DNA of 63,766 nt, the filler included, from Stramenopiles sp. TOSAG23-6 (lineage: Eukaryota), in the NCBI GenBank assembly GCA_900128565.1. It is 13 parts of 13 records of this genome, joined end to end, with 100 filler letters (N's around TTAATTAATTAA, not from the genome) between each part and the next. Parts side by side here need not be neighbours in the genome. Positions count along the whole stretch, not along the records: positions 9,880 to 14,706 come from LT637045.1; positions 14,807 to 19,633 come from LT637046.1; positions 19,734 to 24,555 come from LT637047.1; 10 more parts are not named here. One strand, written 5' to 3'. The notes below the pieces were generated by a model. It was not told where the DNA came from. It made no database searches and saw only the letters and a program-made list of their open reading frames with translations. Positions 11,184 to 21,938 of the stretch are shown here, one piece after another. Made by a program: the position numbers and the translations under genes. Numbering within the stretch: the stretch's first letter is position 1; the number at the start of each line of letters is the position of its first letter.

Positions 11184-14100
11184 TTAAAATTTCATTATTT
11201 TTTCCTTCTTCATTCTACCATCTATCCCAAGAACCATACGTCGTTCTTGACTATCTGCTGATCCTGGTCTATTTCGAGAAGTTCTAAGTACAGGAAGTTC
11301 TGTTTCTTTTTCAAATTCTCCGGAGAGTAGTTTTTTTCTAAAGTCATCAACGATAGGAACATTAGCAGCCTCCAGTTCTCTTTGTAATCGCGCCAGTCGC
11401 ATTGCTTTCTCTCTTTGCATGGTCTTTTTCCAATATGCTTTTGTTTTCAAAGCTTTGCGGCGTGCATTATCACGCTGTTTTTTAAAGTTTGCTAGCGCTT
11501 TTTGCTTTGGTGTAAGTTCGTCAGTTGAAACTACGTCGGCACCAGAAACTAATCTCGGCTGCATTTTTATTAAGTCTATTTTAGCTTTTTGTAAAAGTTT
11601 TGATACACTTTTACTTTTTGCTAATTCATATGCATATCTATTTCGATTATTTTTTGTATTTAACATACGGAATAATCCTAAAATACGGAATTTTTTAAGC
11701 TTCCATGTATTTTGGAAAAATATTTCAAAATTGTTTTTGTTAGGTACAAAATTTCGTACGAAAAACAAATTGAAACTTGAAAAAAAATAAAACATACATT
11801 CGCCCTTACTGCACTCATATATTGTAGGAGCCGTCAAAGCCGTACACGTAGACAAGTGATTACGACGCGCGGCCCAGTGAAGTGCCGTATCACCATTCCC
11901 ATCTTGAATATCCATATCAGCTCCGTGATATATTAAATAATTTACAATGTCAGTACTTCCTGCTCTAGCAGCAACATGAAGTGGTGTCATTGCAGTTAAA
12001 ATATCAGTTTCTCTATTTGTATCTGCATTTTTCTTCTCAACTAAGTATTTAACAAGATTCAAGTGACCAGCCCAGCAAGCATTATGTAACAATAAATCAC
12101 CTGTATCAGACTCAGGATCATTCACTGAAAATATCCGATGTTCTTGATGCTTCTGACGTTTCGTTTCATCTTCTATAAGCTCCCCCAGTCTTTTTGTGGA
12201 GACTCCAACACGTGCACCAGTCCAAGGATTATGTACAGATGCATCTACTTGATTTTGATGTTCAATAGCTGAAATTTCTGCCATTTTTTTTTCTAATTCT
12301 TTACGGGCAGCATTCTCAACATTGCGTTTTTCAATACCTTTTCTCCACCATACATGACATAACTGAATGAATTTTCTGTGATTGCTTTCAATACGATGTT
12401 GAGATAATTTAGCTTTTGCAAAATGCCTCTGATTGAGCTCTTCAGAACGCATTTTAATACAATTTCGTTCCTCCTCTTCTCGCTCTTTTGCATTTCTAAT
12501 AAGCCTTTCAGAATGATTTGCAGCATTAATGGCTCCTTGGGTCAATTGTAAACATTCGTTAACTCTCGGATGAAAAGAAAAAAACGCCCGCTTTGCTGAT
12601 TTGATACCTTTAGAAAAGTCCAAAGGTGTTTCATCATCTCTATCATAATCGTCAGAATTTACATTAGCACAATATAACATACTAGCCTCAGCTTTTTCCA
12701 CTGACTTTTTAAAGCGATCTATTTGGCCAACTTGTTGTAAAGGTTTCGAAACCTTGTACCGAAATATATCTCGCGACATCAAGGCAGTCAAATCTGCCCA
12801 TCCTTGATATAACCTACGTACATCTGCTTCTAATGCAATGATAGGTAACTGACTGGCATCTAACATTGCTTCTTCCACTAAATTGCGATAATTTTCAGTA
12901 ACATCTGACACACGTTTTTCGAATAAGTTCAATTTGTTTTTCATTTCTTCTTTTCCACCACAATAAGCTTCGTCGGATTCAACTTCTGCTTTCAAAGATA
13001 CAACTTTAGCAAGTTTTTTCTGTGCTTTTTTCATTAGTTTCTTTGTAGCGCGGATCGCCTTCCAGACTTTGACAAACTTTTCTAATCCTGTGATACCTTC
13101 AAACTTGTCTAACGTAAATTGAACACGCTCAACACTATGAGATAACCCTTCAGTCTCTTGATTCAAAGTTTTAGAAAGTTTCTTAAGCTCTGCTTTCATT
13201 TGATCCTTTGCTTTTTTTCTTGAAGCTGCTTCTTCTCTCGCTTGTTTTTGACGCCATGCACACTGAGTCTTCAATGCAGCATCTTTTTGACGCTGAATGA
13301 CGTCACCAACATCCTCTAGAAAATACTCGAATGCAACTTTATCTTTATGTTCAGGATGTTTGTATCTACGAGCAACTAGCGTAACGTCTTTTTTATCCAA
13401 TCGAAATGAATATTTCTTTTTGACAAGAAAATAAAAACTTTGTTGGTTCAAATAATCATTATTTTCATCATCAAGTTGACGAAATGCACGAGCGAATGCA
13501 TCATAAATTCCTCTATTTTTTACTTGATCAACAATTGACCACATTATTCGGTCCAACTTTTCTTCCTCTGCCATTGAAAATGCTTGGCCAGAAGGATTTG
13601 AAAAACCAAGTGTGTCTCTCTTCTTCTTTGCTTTGGCAGCTTTTTCTGCTTCTTCTTTTTGTATTGCTTGTTGTTTCTTGATGTCAGTTTTATGCTGGTT
13701 TTCATATATTTTTCGAATATCTTGAACAAATAAATGGTAGTCAACGGCATTATGCTTTTGAGAATGGTGGTAACGACGGACAACTAACTTCATATTAGGT
13801 TCTATTATTCGTAATCGAAACTTGACTTGAAATATTGACATGAAAGATTTTGCATCTAAATAATGCCTATAGTTGATATCTGCATCTCCAAATGCCTGAA
13901 GAAATTCTTCTGTTGTACCATGGTGTTTCAATTGGGCAACTATATGCCACAGTGTTGCGTCTAAATCTTCTTCTTCTTCAAGCGTAAATTTATCACCAGA
14001 ACTATTTGAAAAACCAAAATGTTGTGACTTTTTCCGCCGCGCAGCAGCTGCTTCGTCTGCTTGTTGTTTTTGTATTCTTAGTTGTTTCAATTTCGCTGAT

Positions 14101-14706
14101 TTTAGCTGCTTTTCATGTATTTTACTAATATCGCTTACTAAGATAGGATAGTCCACAGACGTTAAAGTTTCATCAGTAGAATTATGACGATAACGACGTA
14201 TGACTAACTTCATATTTGCATTGTTTATTCTCAACCTAAACCTTTCCTGAAAGATCGACTGAAATATATGAAAATCTAAATGAGATTGCTTCTGGACATC
14301 TGAGTCACTAAATGATTTCACAAAGTCTTCGAAAATACCATAGTGATGTAATTGGGCAACTATATGCCACAGTGTTGAGTCTAAATCTTCTTCTTCTTCG
14401 AGTGTAAATTTCTCACCAGAATTATTTGAAAACCCAAAATGAGCCTTCTTTGCTAGATCAGCTTGATTCAAAAGTTCTTTTTGAGCTCGTGCTTCAATAC
14501 GCAAACGCTCAGCCTCCGCTTTTGCAGCAGCTTCAAGACGCAATGCTTCAGCTTTTGCTTTTGCCTCTGCTTCTGCTTCTGCTTTTGCCTCTGCTTCTGC
14601 TTTTGCTTTTGCCTCTGCTTCTGCTTTTGCTTTTGCCTCGGCTTCTGCTTTTGCTTTTGCCTCTGCTTCTGCTTTTGCTTTTGCCTCTGCTTCTGCTTTT
14701 GCTTTT
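11184..14706 (-). CDS. Large protein: AEAK repeats, three EF-hand-like repeats, IQ motif, ankyrin repeats (5' truncated; intron 11705-11797)
   Basis: Three FGFSN.SG..FT.EEE repeats; TPLHVAARAG, GDTALHWAA. Confidence 0.8.
11705..11797 (-). mobile_element. Introner-like intron GT..AT (93 nt, stop-free, in frame)
   Basis: Consensus copy; removal gives KGE|WKL. Confidence 0.85.
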
Positions 14707-14806
14707 NNNNNNNNNNNNNNNNNNNNNNNNNNNNNNNNNNNNNNNNNNNNTTAATTAATTAANNNNNNNNNNNNNNNNNNNNNNNNNNNNNNNNNNNNNN
14801 NNNNNN

Positions 14807-14982
14807 TTCATTTTTTATTTTTTTTTCATAAGAAAATTTGTAGGTAAAAATATTTCAAATTATTTTTGTCTTAAAATTAACCCTAATGGAACATTTTTAT
14901 TTAATTTGAAGACAAAAATAATTTGAAATATTTTTACCTACAAATTTTCTTATGAAAAAAAACAAAAAATGAAATTACATAC
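14807..14982. mobile_element. Foldback/MITE-like inverted repeat related to the intron family
   Basis: Arms 14807-14880 and 14901-14973 are near-perfect reverse complements; minus strand starts GTATGTAATTTC. Confidence 0.75.
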
Positions 14983-15013
14983 AAAATTTGCTATGAAATT
15001 TCATCAAAATCTG

Positions 15014-15226
15014 TCAAAAGCGTGGCACAACACGAAAAATGACGAAAAAGTTAGTAATTACACCAGATAGTTGGTTACTTGATAAATGCAACATTTTGAA
15101 CGTTGTTAATTGCCCAATTTGATCTGGAATTGAGCCAGTTAGTTGGTTTCTTGACAAGTTCAAATATTCGAGCATTCTTTGTTGACCAATTTCACTAGCT
15201 AGTAGGGTCGCAATTTCTCGGCGCAT
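15014..15226 (-). pseudogene. Leucine-rich repeat fragment
   Basis: LEYLNLSRNQLTGSIPDQIGQLT, only about two repeats. Confidence 0.55.
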
Positions 15227-15589
15227 AGGATTAGTAATAGTATATAGTAGGGTTAGGGTTAGATAGGAGCGCTATCAAAACTCAAAAAATTTTAGAAATT
15301 TTTTTCAGTTTTGTTTTCGTTTTTTGTATAGGTTCTTTCCATTTCTAATTCTATAAAAAGAAAACCTATTTTGGAATGCCGGAAGCTGCTGAGAAAGCAG
15401 TGCAGCAGTAGCAGCCATTAGTAAGCTATCTGTTGAATTCGATTTATATAATGAGTCTAAAATTAGAAGAATAGAGTATTTTTGTTTACTCCAGTATTAT
15501 TTGTTGCGTATTCATGATTTAAAATTGTCCCGATAAGCTGTGTAAAAGAAGAATAACGCCAACTCTTGAAAAACCAAGTGATTGATATA

Positions 15590-18500
15590 ATGGGACAAAA
15601 AGTATCTCGACGTCAACGCTCTCAGCAGTATTCCTTATCTAGTAGTCCAAGCCGTCATAGCACTCGTACCAAACATAAATTTAGATCAAATATATCCAAT
15701 CCGCCAGAAAGATGTTACGGAGTTTCTTTGCGTTTTCTCCTTGAATTCCTTAAAGAGAACTTAATTGAAGAAAGTGACTCTCAAAGTACGAGAGATATTT
15801 ATGATTCAATAATATCAAAAAAGTGTTTAGAAGAAAGTACTGGAAAATGTGTATCATACACGGAAATATTGTATAATCGCGGAGCATCTGCTGAAATTGT
15901 TGGTGTAGCTACTCACGTTGTCTGTCACTCATGGACTACTTCATTTCGGGATACTGTCGTAGCACTTCAAGATTTCTCCGGTAGTCGTAATTCTAATAAT
16001 AGTCATACTAAAATTTATCCTGCTGGTAGTGATGTAAAATCTACCAAATCTCAAAATGATTCCGATCCACCGTATAGCTTAAACCGCCTCGTAAGTCGTT
16101 CTGTGCACGATTTAAACTATATTGAGTCGAAAGATCCGACACTTCTTGAAAAGACCCTTCAAGCTTCAGCAGCTCGCGAATTCTTTTGGTTAGATATTTT
16201 TTCTCTTGGCATAAATCTAATTAAAAACAAAAATAACAATCAAGATAATAATAGTAACTTTCACAGATATTGGTATAAAAAAGGGATACGTGACATAATT
16301 GAATACACAGGTGAAGTTTTAGTAGTATCAAATGATTGCTATTCCTTTTCAACTCTTTATGATCCATTTTCTCTATTATGTATAGCTTATGCACTAGCAA
16401 TGAAAGGACATAAACATGAAAGTCAATCGCAAAGTCAATTAAATCTGAAAAATGAAATGTCAAATTCAAAAAAAATACAAAGTTCAGCGGAAAATGACTT
16501 TCGTGATTTTTCAAGTCCCACGGAAGGAAATTCACTACAAAATAAGAATAGAAAAGATAGTAATATTTTCTTTACATATTCAATGTATGAAAAGCATAGA
16601 GTGACTATTGTAATTACCAAAAGTCAAAGAAACATCCTTCTTGATGAAGCAAATAGGAACTTTTTACTCCCGAAACTGTTACAAATACTACATTCGATTT
16701 CTATAGAAAATCAAATAGAAAAAGTGTCGACGCCACCTGGTAGTCACGTAAATGACGCAAAGAAATTAATATTAGAAGCTTGTGAAGAATTTGGTGGGTG
16801 TGAAGTGATAAATAGTATCAATAAACACTGGTTTATTGCATGGCTTGCAGAATTATCTGCATCAAATCTAATACATATTTCATCAGTTGATACAAAGTAC
16901 AGAAATACAAAAAAAAAGGAAAATTTGAAATCTTTTTATTCATCTCGTCTGCAATGGGCACTTAGATGCAAAACTGCTGTACTTATACTACGCTCTTTTC
17001 AGTATTCAACACAAATGGAAACACAAATTGACTTCGATTTTCATGTTGATTCACAAAAATTAAAAAATGAAGGTTGTTTCTGCTTGTACTACAACAAATG
17101 GTTTGACATTATTCAAAATTTGCTTGTTAGCGGTGGGGGATTACCATATAATGTAGAGAAAACGATTCGGACAAAACTTTCAAAAGGATTCACTCATTTG
17201 ATATTATTATATGCGTGTGAAGTTTGTATTCGGCAAGCTCTTTTGTTAGTACAAATTGCGGCTGAAAATAACTTGTGGTATGAAGAAAAGCGTAAAGGAG
17301 AAAAACACAAAAAACAATGTGTATACAAACGTGTTGATTATCGTAATTACCTAGTACCGAAAAAAAAGGTTGAGCAATCGGTTTTAGGTGTCACAGCAGA
17401 AACAAAGTACAAAATGAAGCTCAAGTCTGATGTTGTTGAAGATTCAAAAGAGAGAAATCTTCTGGGTTATATAACATGTGTAAATGATGAAGAAGAAGCT
17501 AAAAGAGAATTAGAAAAAATGCCATTGGGTCTTACACTTGATTTACTGGAAACCTTAAATTCTCTTGGTGACATTTTAGTGAAAAGTGTTTTAATAAGCG
17601 CCAATACAAATCACAGTCTGAAACTGTCAGTCGAGCATTTAGAAATATTACAAAATATAGAACAAATTCAGTTAAGAGAAGCTGCTTCTTTCTATATACG
17701 TGCCGTAACAATAAGTATGTCAATTGGTAGGTATGAACAAGCTGCAATTATAGAAGTGAAAGCAGCCCACGCATTATGGGACTCCTGTGATTTAAAGTAT
17801 ATGAGTCATAAGTGTAAGACTACAACGACTGATATTGATGGTTCAAATAATGGCCCTAATGTACTGAGGGATCGGGATATAAAAGCATTATATAGTAGGA
17901 GAGATGTGCTAAATACAGCAATGAATCATTTGTATAATGCGTTAGATATTCGTACATCACATTTTGGAGAGGAGCACGCTTCAACAGTTGCAGTTTTGTC
18001 TGACATTGGCTTATTAAATGAGGATATGAAAGAATATCAAAATGCCATAGAAATAGCAAAAATGATCCTAAAAATAGAGTCAAAAGTATACGGAAAATAC
18101 CACTTACAAACTTTAGCAACGGCACAAAAATTAGGTAATTTGTTGTGTGATTATGGTGAAATCCAAGAAGCCCAGAAGTTTTTGAGATGGTCATTTCATT
18201 CCCCAGCTCAAGGAGTGATATTTACTGAGCTAAATAGTTCCGTTAGAGGAAATACTACAACTTATAAGATTGATAAAAATGATTCATTGTTGGAGCTTTC
18301 TTCAGGTATTTTGTGTGACATTTGGAAGGCTTCTAGAGGACGTTGGTCTACAGCTATAATACTTGAAGGAGGAAAACCATTACCTACAAATCAAGAAACC
18401 TTGAAAACACATGCTTCAAAAACAGAAACTCGAAAAACAGAAACAAAACTAGAGAAATTGAAAAAGGCAGTGAAAAAAAAGAGAGATAAAGATCATGCAA

Positions 18501-18703
18501 TAGACCTATTTTTAAAATCCTCATTGAAATCGAAAAATAAGGAGAATAAAGATAATCTCAAACGATCAATTTTGCCTCATATTCTTGAAGAATCAAAAAA
18601 ATATAGTGTAGATACTAAATTAAAAATTAATGAAGATAAAAAAAGAAATAGTGAAAGTGATGAAAGTGATTCATCTGTAGTAGATTCTGAATATAGTGTA
18701 TAA
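15590..18703 (+). CDS. TPR (kinesin-light-chain-type) protein with N-terminal HSW/FWLD domain
   Basis: ATHVVCHSW, FFWLDIFSL, ALDIRTSHFGEEHAST, KVYGKYHLQT; intronless. Confidence 0.7.
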   Translation: MGQKVSRRQRSQQYSLSSSPSRHSTRTKHKFRSNISNPPERCYGVSLRFLLEFLKENLIEESDSQSTRDIYDSIISKKCLEESTGKCVSYTEILYNRGASAEIVGVATHVVCHSWTTSFRDTVVALQDFSGSRNSNNSHTKIYPAGSDVKSTKSQNDSDPPYSLNRLVSRSVHDLNYIESKDPTLLEKTLQASAAREFFWLDIFSLGINLIKNKNNNQDNNSNFHRYWYKKGIRDIIEYTGEVLVVSNDCYSFSTLYDPFSLLCIAYALAMKGHKHESQSQSQLNLKNEMSNSKKIQSSAENDFRDFSSPTEGNSLQNKNRKDSNIFFTYSMYEKHRVTIVITKSQRNILLDEANRNFLLPKLLQILHSISIENQIEKVSTPPGSHVNDAKKLILEACEEFGGCEVINSINKHWFIAWLAELSASNLIHISSVDTKYRNTKKKENLKSFYSSRLQWALRCKTAVLILRSFQYSTQMETQIDFDFHVDSQKLKNEGCFCLYYNKWFDIIQNLLVSGGGLPYNVEKTIRTKLSKGFTHLILLYACEVCIRQALLLVQIAAENNLWYEEKRKGEKHKKQCVYKRVDYRNYLVPKKKVEQSVLGVTAETKYKMKLKSDVVEDSKERNLLGYITCVNDEEEAKRELEKMPLGLTLDLLETLNSLGDILVKSVLISANTNHSLKLSVEHLEILQNIEQIQLREAASFYIRAVTISMSIGRYEQAAIIEVKAAHALWDSCDLKYMSHKCKTTTTDIDGSNNGPNVLRDRDIKALYSRRDVLNTAMNHLYNALDIRTSHFGEEHASTVAVLSDIGLLNEDMKEYQNAIEIAKMILKIESKVYGKYHLQTLATAQKLGNLLCDYGEIQEAQKFLRWSFHSPAQGVIFTELNSSVRGNTTTYKIDKNDSLLELSSGILCDIWKASRGRWSTAIILEGGKPLPTNQETLKTHASKTETRKTETKLEKLKKAVKKKRDKDHAIDLFLKSSLKSKNKENKDNLKRSILPHILEESKKYSVDTKLKINEDKKRNSESDESDSSVVDSEYSV

Positions 18704-18734
18704 TACAAAATAATAATAAATTAGAAATTGAACG

Positions 18735-19560
18735 TCACCATTTTCCAGCAGTATTCGACTGCCACTTTGCAGTTGATATTTCCGTATTTGTTACAAAATT
18801 ATTTTTTCCATCGTCATTTAATGAATCTACAGAGTCATTCTCTTGTACATAAGTTAGATCGTCACCGGGCTGACTTTTAATGATTGATGTTTTTTCTGTA
18901 CTTAATCTTGCACTACTAAAGGGATGCGGTTCAAATTCATGTCTATCTGTACTTAATTTCGTACTTAATACTTGATGGGCACAAATAACCCATAGTGTCT
19001 GTAAAGTTTTACCTAATCCCATTTCATCTGCAAGTAAACCATGTAATCCACAATTCCTCAAAAACCACAACCAACGAATACCTTTTTTTTGGTATTCTCT
19101 GAGAATAATGGATGGATTACATTTGATTATATCTAAAATGTTTTCAGTATTTGTAGTATTTGAAATATTTGTAGTATTTGAAATATTTGTAGTATTATTT
19201 ACTATCGTTAATTTTGTATTTGGTTGTACGCTCAAAGAAGTAGTAGTAGTAGTAGTAGTTGTTGTTGTTGTTACGTTTCCTAATAATTGTGTTAAAAATG
19301 ATGCTTCTTCAAAACGTTTTTTCTCAAGTCGTTTTTTTGCGGCAATGTCTTTTATACATGCAAATTTTGATTGAGTAGGGTTAACCCTAGGGTTAGGGTT
19401 AGTATACAAAGGTAACAACTCAAGAAGTAAGGCAAAACATCGACTTGACGCTTCACGTGCAGCTTTTATTTCTATTTCAGGACCAACATACCCAATTTCT
19501 AAATTTAATAAAGTATGATGACCTCGCCTAGAATCATTACAACTACGTAAAATTGGACGA
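18735..19560 (-). CDS. BTAF1: Mot1/BTAF1-like SNF2 ATPase exon, ending after motif I
   Basis: [11 protein letters not shown] then [12 protein letters not shown]...[16 protein letters not shown]. Confidence 0.65.
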
Positions 19561-19816
19561 ATGTATTGGGAAAAATATATATTTTTTTTTTTACCGAAAA
19601 TAAAAAAAAAATTGTTAGGTACGAAATTTTCTANNNNNNNNNNNNNNNNNNNNNNNNNNNNNNNNNNNNNNNNNNNNTTAATTAATTAANNNNNNNNNNN
19701 NNNNNNNNNNNNNNNNNNNNNNNNNNNNNNNNNTTGAAAAAAAAATCTAAAAAAATTTGTTAGGTACAAAATTTCGTACGAAAAAAAATTCAAATTTTCA
19801 AAAAAATAAGACATAC

Positions 19817-20575
19817 ATCTAGTTCACCTAACAACTCGTCCTCATCAAAACCTTCTCCCATTTGCCGACCTAGAGCTTCATTAATTTCATTTTGCATTTC
19901 CATGCCCTCTTCAAGTTCTGCCTGTAAGTCCTCTACTGCGTCAACATCCATGTATTTTGGAAAAATATTTGAAAAAAAAAACCGTTAGGTACAAAATTTC
20001 GTACGAAAAAAAAATCGAATTTGAAAAAAAATAAAACATCCATATTTGCGCTAATAGCCTGTTGAGCCCTTCTGCTTTCTTTCATCGCACCAACCACAAC
20101 CATATTTGAAGAAGCTTGTTGAAGGTTCATGACCTGGGATTCCAAATTCATAATTTGGTTGTATAGACTCGTTACCTGTTTTTCGTACATTTTTTTCTTT
20201 TTTAGATGTTGTAAAGCGCGCCGTTTATCCTTCTTTTTCATGCAAGCCTTAGCTTTAGCAACTTCACCGTCCATCTTCTTCTCCAAAAATTCAGTTCTAC
20301 ATATATAAGAAAATAACAAAAGATAAAACTATTAGATTTTAAATCCACCAATGAAATAATAAAGAAACATAAATGACACAATCAATAATACTATAAATAA
20401 AAAGTCAAAAAGTAAACCGAGAAGAATGTAGAAGATTCAAAAGAGAATGTATGACTTACCGCTTCTCTAAAGATACTTTAGACTTCTCAATATCAGAAAT
20501 AGCTTTCATTGTACCACCTGCAGTACTTACAGGTGCACGCTGTGGTGCCTGTTTTTTTCCACCCCCATTTCCCAT
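19817..20575 (-). CDS. SNF7: ESCRT-III Snf7/Vps32; exons 20575-20460, 20296-20042, 19949-19817 (3' truncated)
   Basis: KRRALQHLKKKKMYEKQ...NMDVDAVEDLQ...NEINEALG...FDEDELLGELD. Confidence 0.85.
19950..20041 (-). mobile_element. Introner-like intron GG..AT (92 nt)
   Basis: Removal restores MDVDAVEDL; 9-nt direct repeat ATGGATGTT at the junctions. Confidence 0.85.
20297..20459 (-). other. Canonical GT-AG intron (163 nt)
   Basis: CG|GTAAGT...TATGTAG|A; restores KR|TEFLEKK; no family motifs. Confidence 0.85.
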
Positions 20576-20872
20576 TGTAATTAATAGGAGACTATTACTT
20601 CCTTTACTCAAATTTCAACCTCCTGTACCTATCTTCGAAGCCTGTGCGAGCAAATGAAATGAAATCCATGACTGGCTTCGTCTCATCTTGCACCGTGATT
20701 TTTGTTTAGGTACACAAAGTTGGTACGGAATATTACCACTACTAAATTCGACGGATTTCGTGTCAGTCAGTTTTGGAAGTCATCGTGGACCTTGTTCTTC
20801 AAAACCTCCAAAAAAGTTGTAAATCTTAAAAAAACAGTTCGTTTCTCTAGCTGCGATGTCCTATTCGCCAAG

Positions 20873-21853
20873 ATGACATCAACAAACTCAAATGTATTTT
20901 CCTCTTCTCAATTGTCAAATATGCTTGCAGGATCGAGTGCAACTATGCTTGCGCGAACCTTTTGTCATCCGCTTGACACTTGCAAAGCCCGTTTACAGGT
21001 CCGAGTTCGTTTGTTGAACAGTCCAAATCATTTGAATATTGCTAAAAGCACAATACGTGGAGAATTGAGAAGTTTATTCAAAGCTGAGGGATTTCGAGGT
21101 CTATATAGTGGGTTTGGTACAACCTTTTTTGGTTCTTGCCCTGCGGGGTGTCTTTATTTTGCCGGTTATGAATCTAGCAAAACGGTAATTAGTAGCGTTA
21201 CTGGATTCCCCGAAAGTAATGCGTTGACACATCTGACTGCCGGTGTACTTGCTGAAATTGGTAGCTGTGTTTTATGGGTACCAATTGATGTAATAAAGGA
21301 AAGACTACAAACTCAAACTGCATTGTATGGGCATGCAAACTTGCCATATCGTGGGAACTTACACGCTATTCAAACTATAACTAGACGAGAAGGTTTCAAA
21401 AATTTATACAAAGGTTATGGTGCTACAGTTTTATCATTTGGTCCTTTCTCTGGTCTTTATTTTATGTTTTATGAAAAATTCAAAGCTTTAGCGTTTAAAA
21501 TTACGGGTGTTCATCCTAATTCACCTGAAAATCTTCCTATATTTCCTATGCTGTGGTTTGGTTCTTGTGGTGCATTAGCTGGTTCAATTGCTGGTTTTAT
21601 AACAAACCCTCTAGATTTGGCAAAACTTCGTATTCAGGTTCAAAGAGGGAATAAAAATACATCTATTGGGACGTCTTTTAATTACAAAAATATTTTTGAT
21701 GCAATTCGCCAGATATGTATCAAAGAAGGATACACGGCTCTTTGGAAGGGTTCTGCGGCAAGAATAGCTTTTCAAGCACCAACTACAGCAATAGGTATAG
21801 CATCATTCGAACAATTTCGTGTGTTATATAGTCGCTATATTTTCACTAATTGA
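20873..21853 (+). CDS. Mitochondrial carrier (SLC25) protein
   Basis: Three PxDxxKxR signatures: PLDTCKAR, PIDVIKER, PLDLAKLR. Confidence 0.92.
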   Translation: MTSTNSNVFSSSQLSNMLAGSSATMLARTFCHPLDTCKARLQVRVRLLNSPNHLNIAKSTIRGELRSLFKAEGFRGLYSGFGTTFFGSCPAGCLYFAGYESSKTVISSVTGFPESNALTHLTAGVLAEIGSCVLWVPIDVIKERLQTQTALYGHANLPYRGNLHAIQTITRREGFKNLYKGYGATVLSFGPFSGLYFMFYEKFKALAFKITGVHPNSPENLPIFPMLWFGSCGALAGSIAGFITNPLDLAKLRIQVQRGNKNTSIGTSFNYKNIFDAIRQICIKEGYTALWKGSAARIAFQAPTTAIGIASFEQFRVLYSRYIFTN

Positions 21854-21938
21854 TTTTTAAATAAATACCTTATGTAAAGAAAAATAATCCAGAGTTTATT
21901 TTATAGAATGCTCTCGATTGCAAACTAGTAAAAAAATA

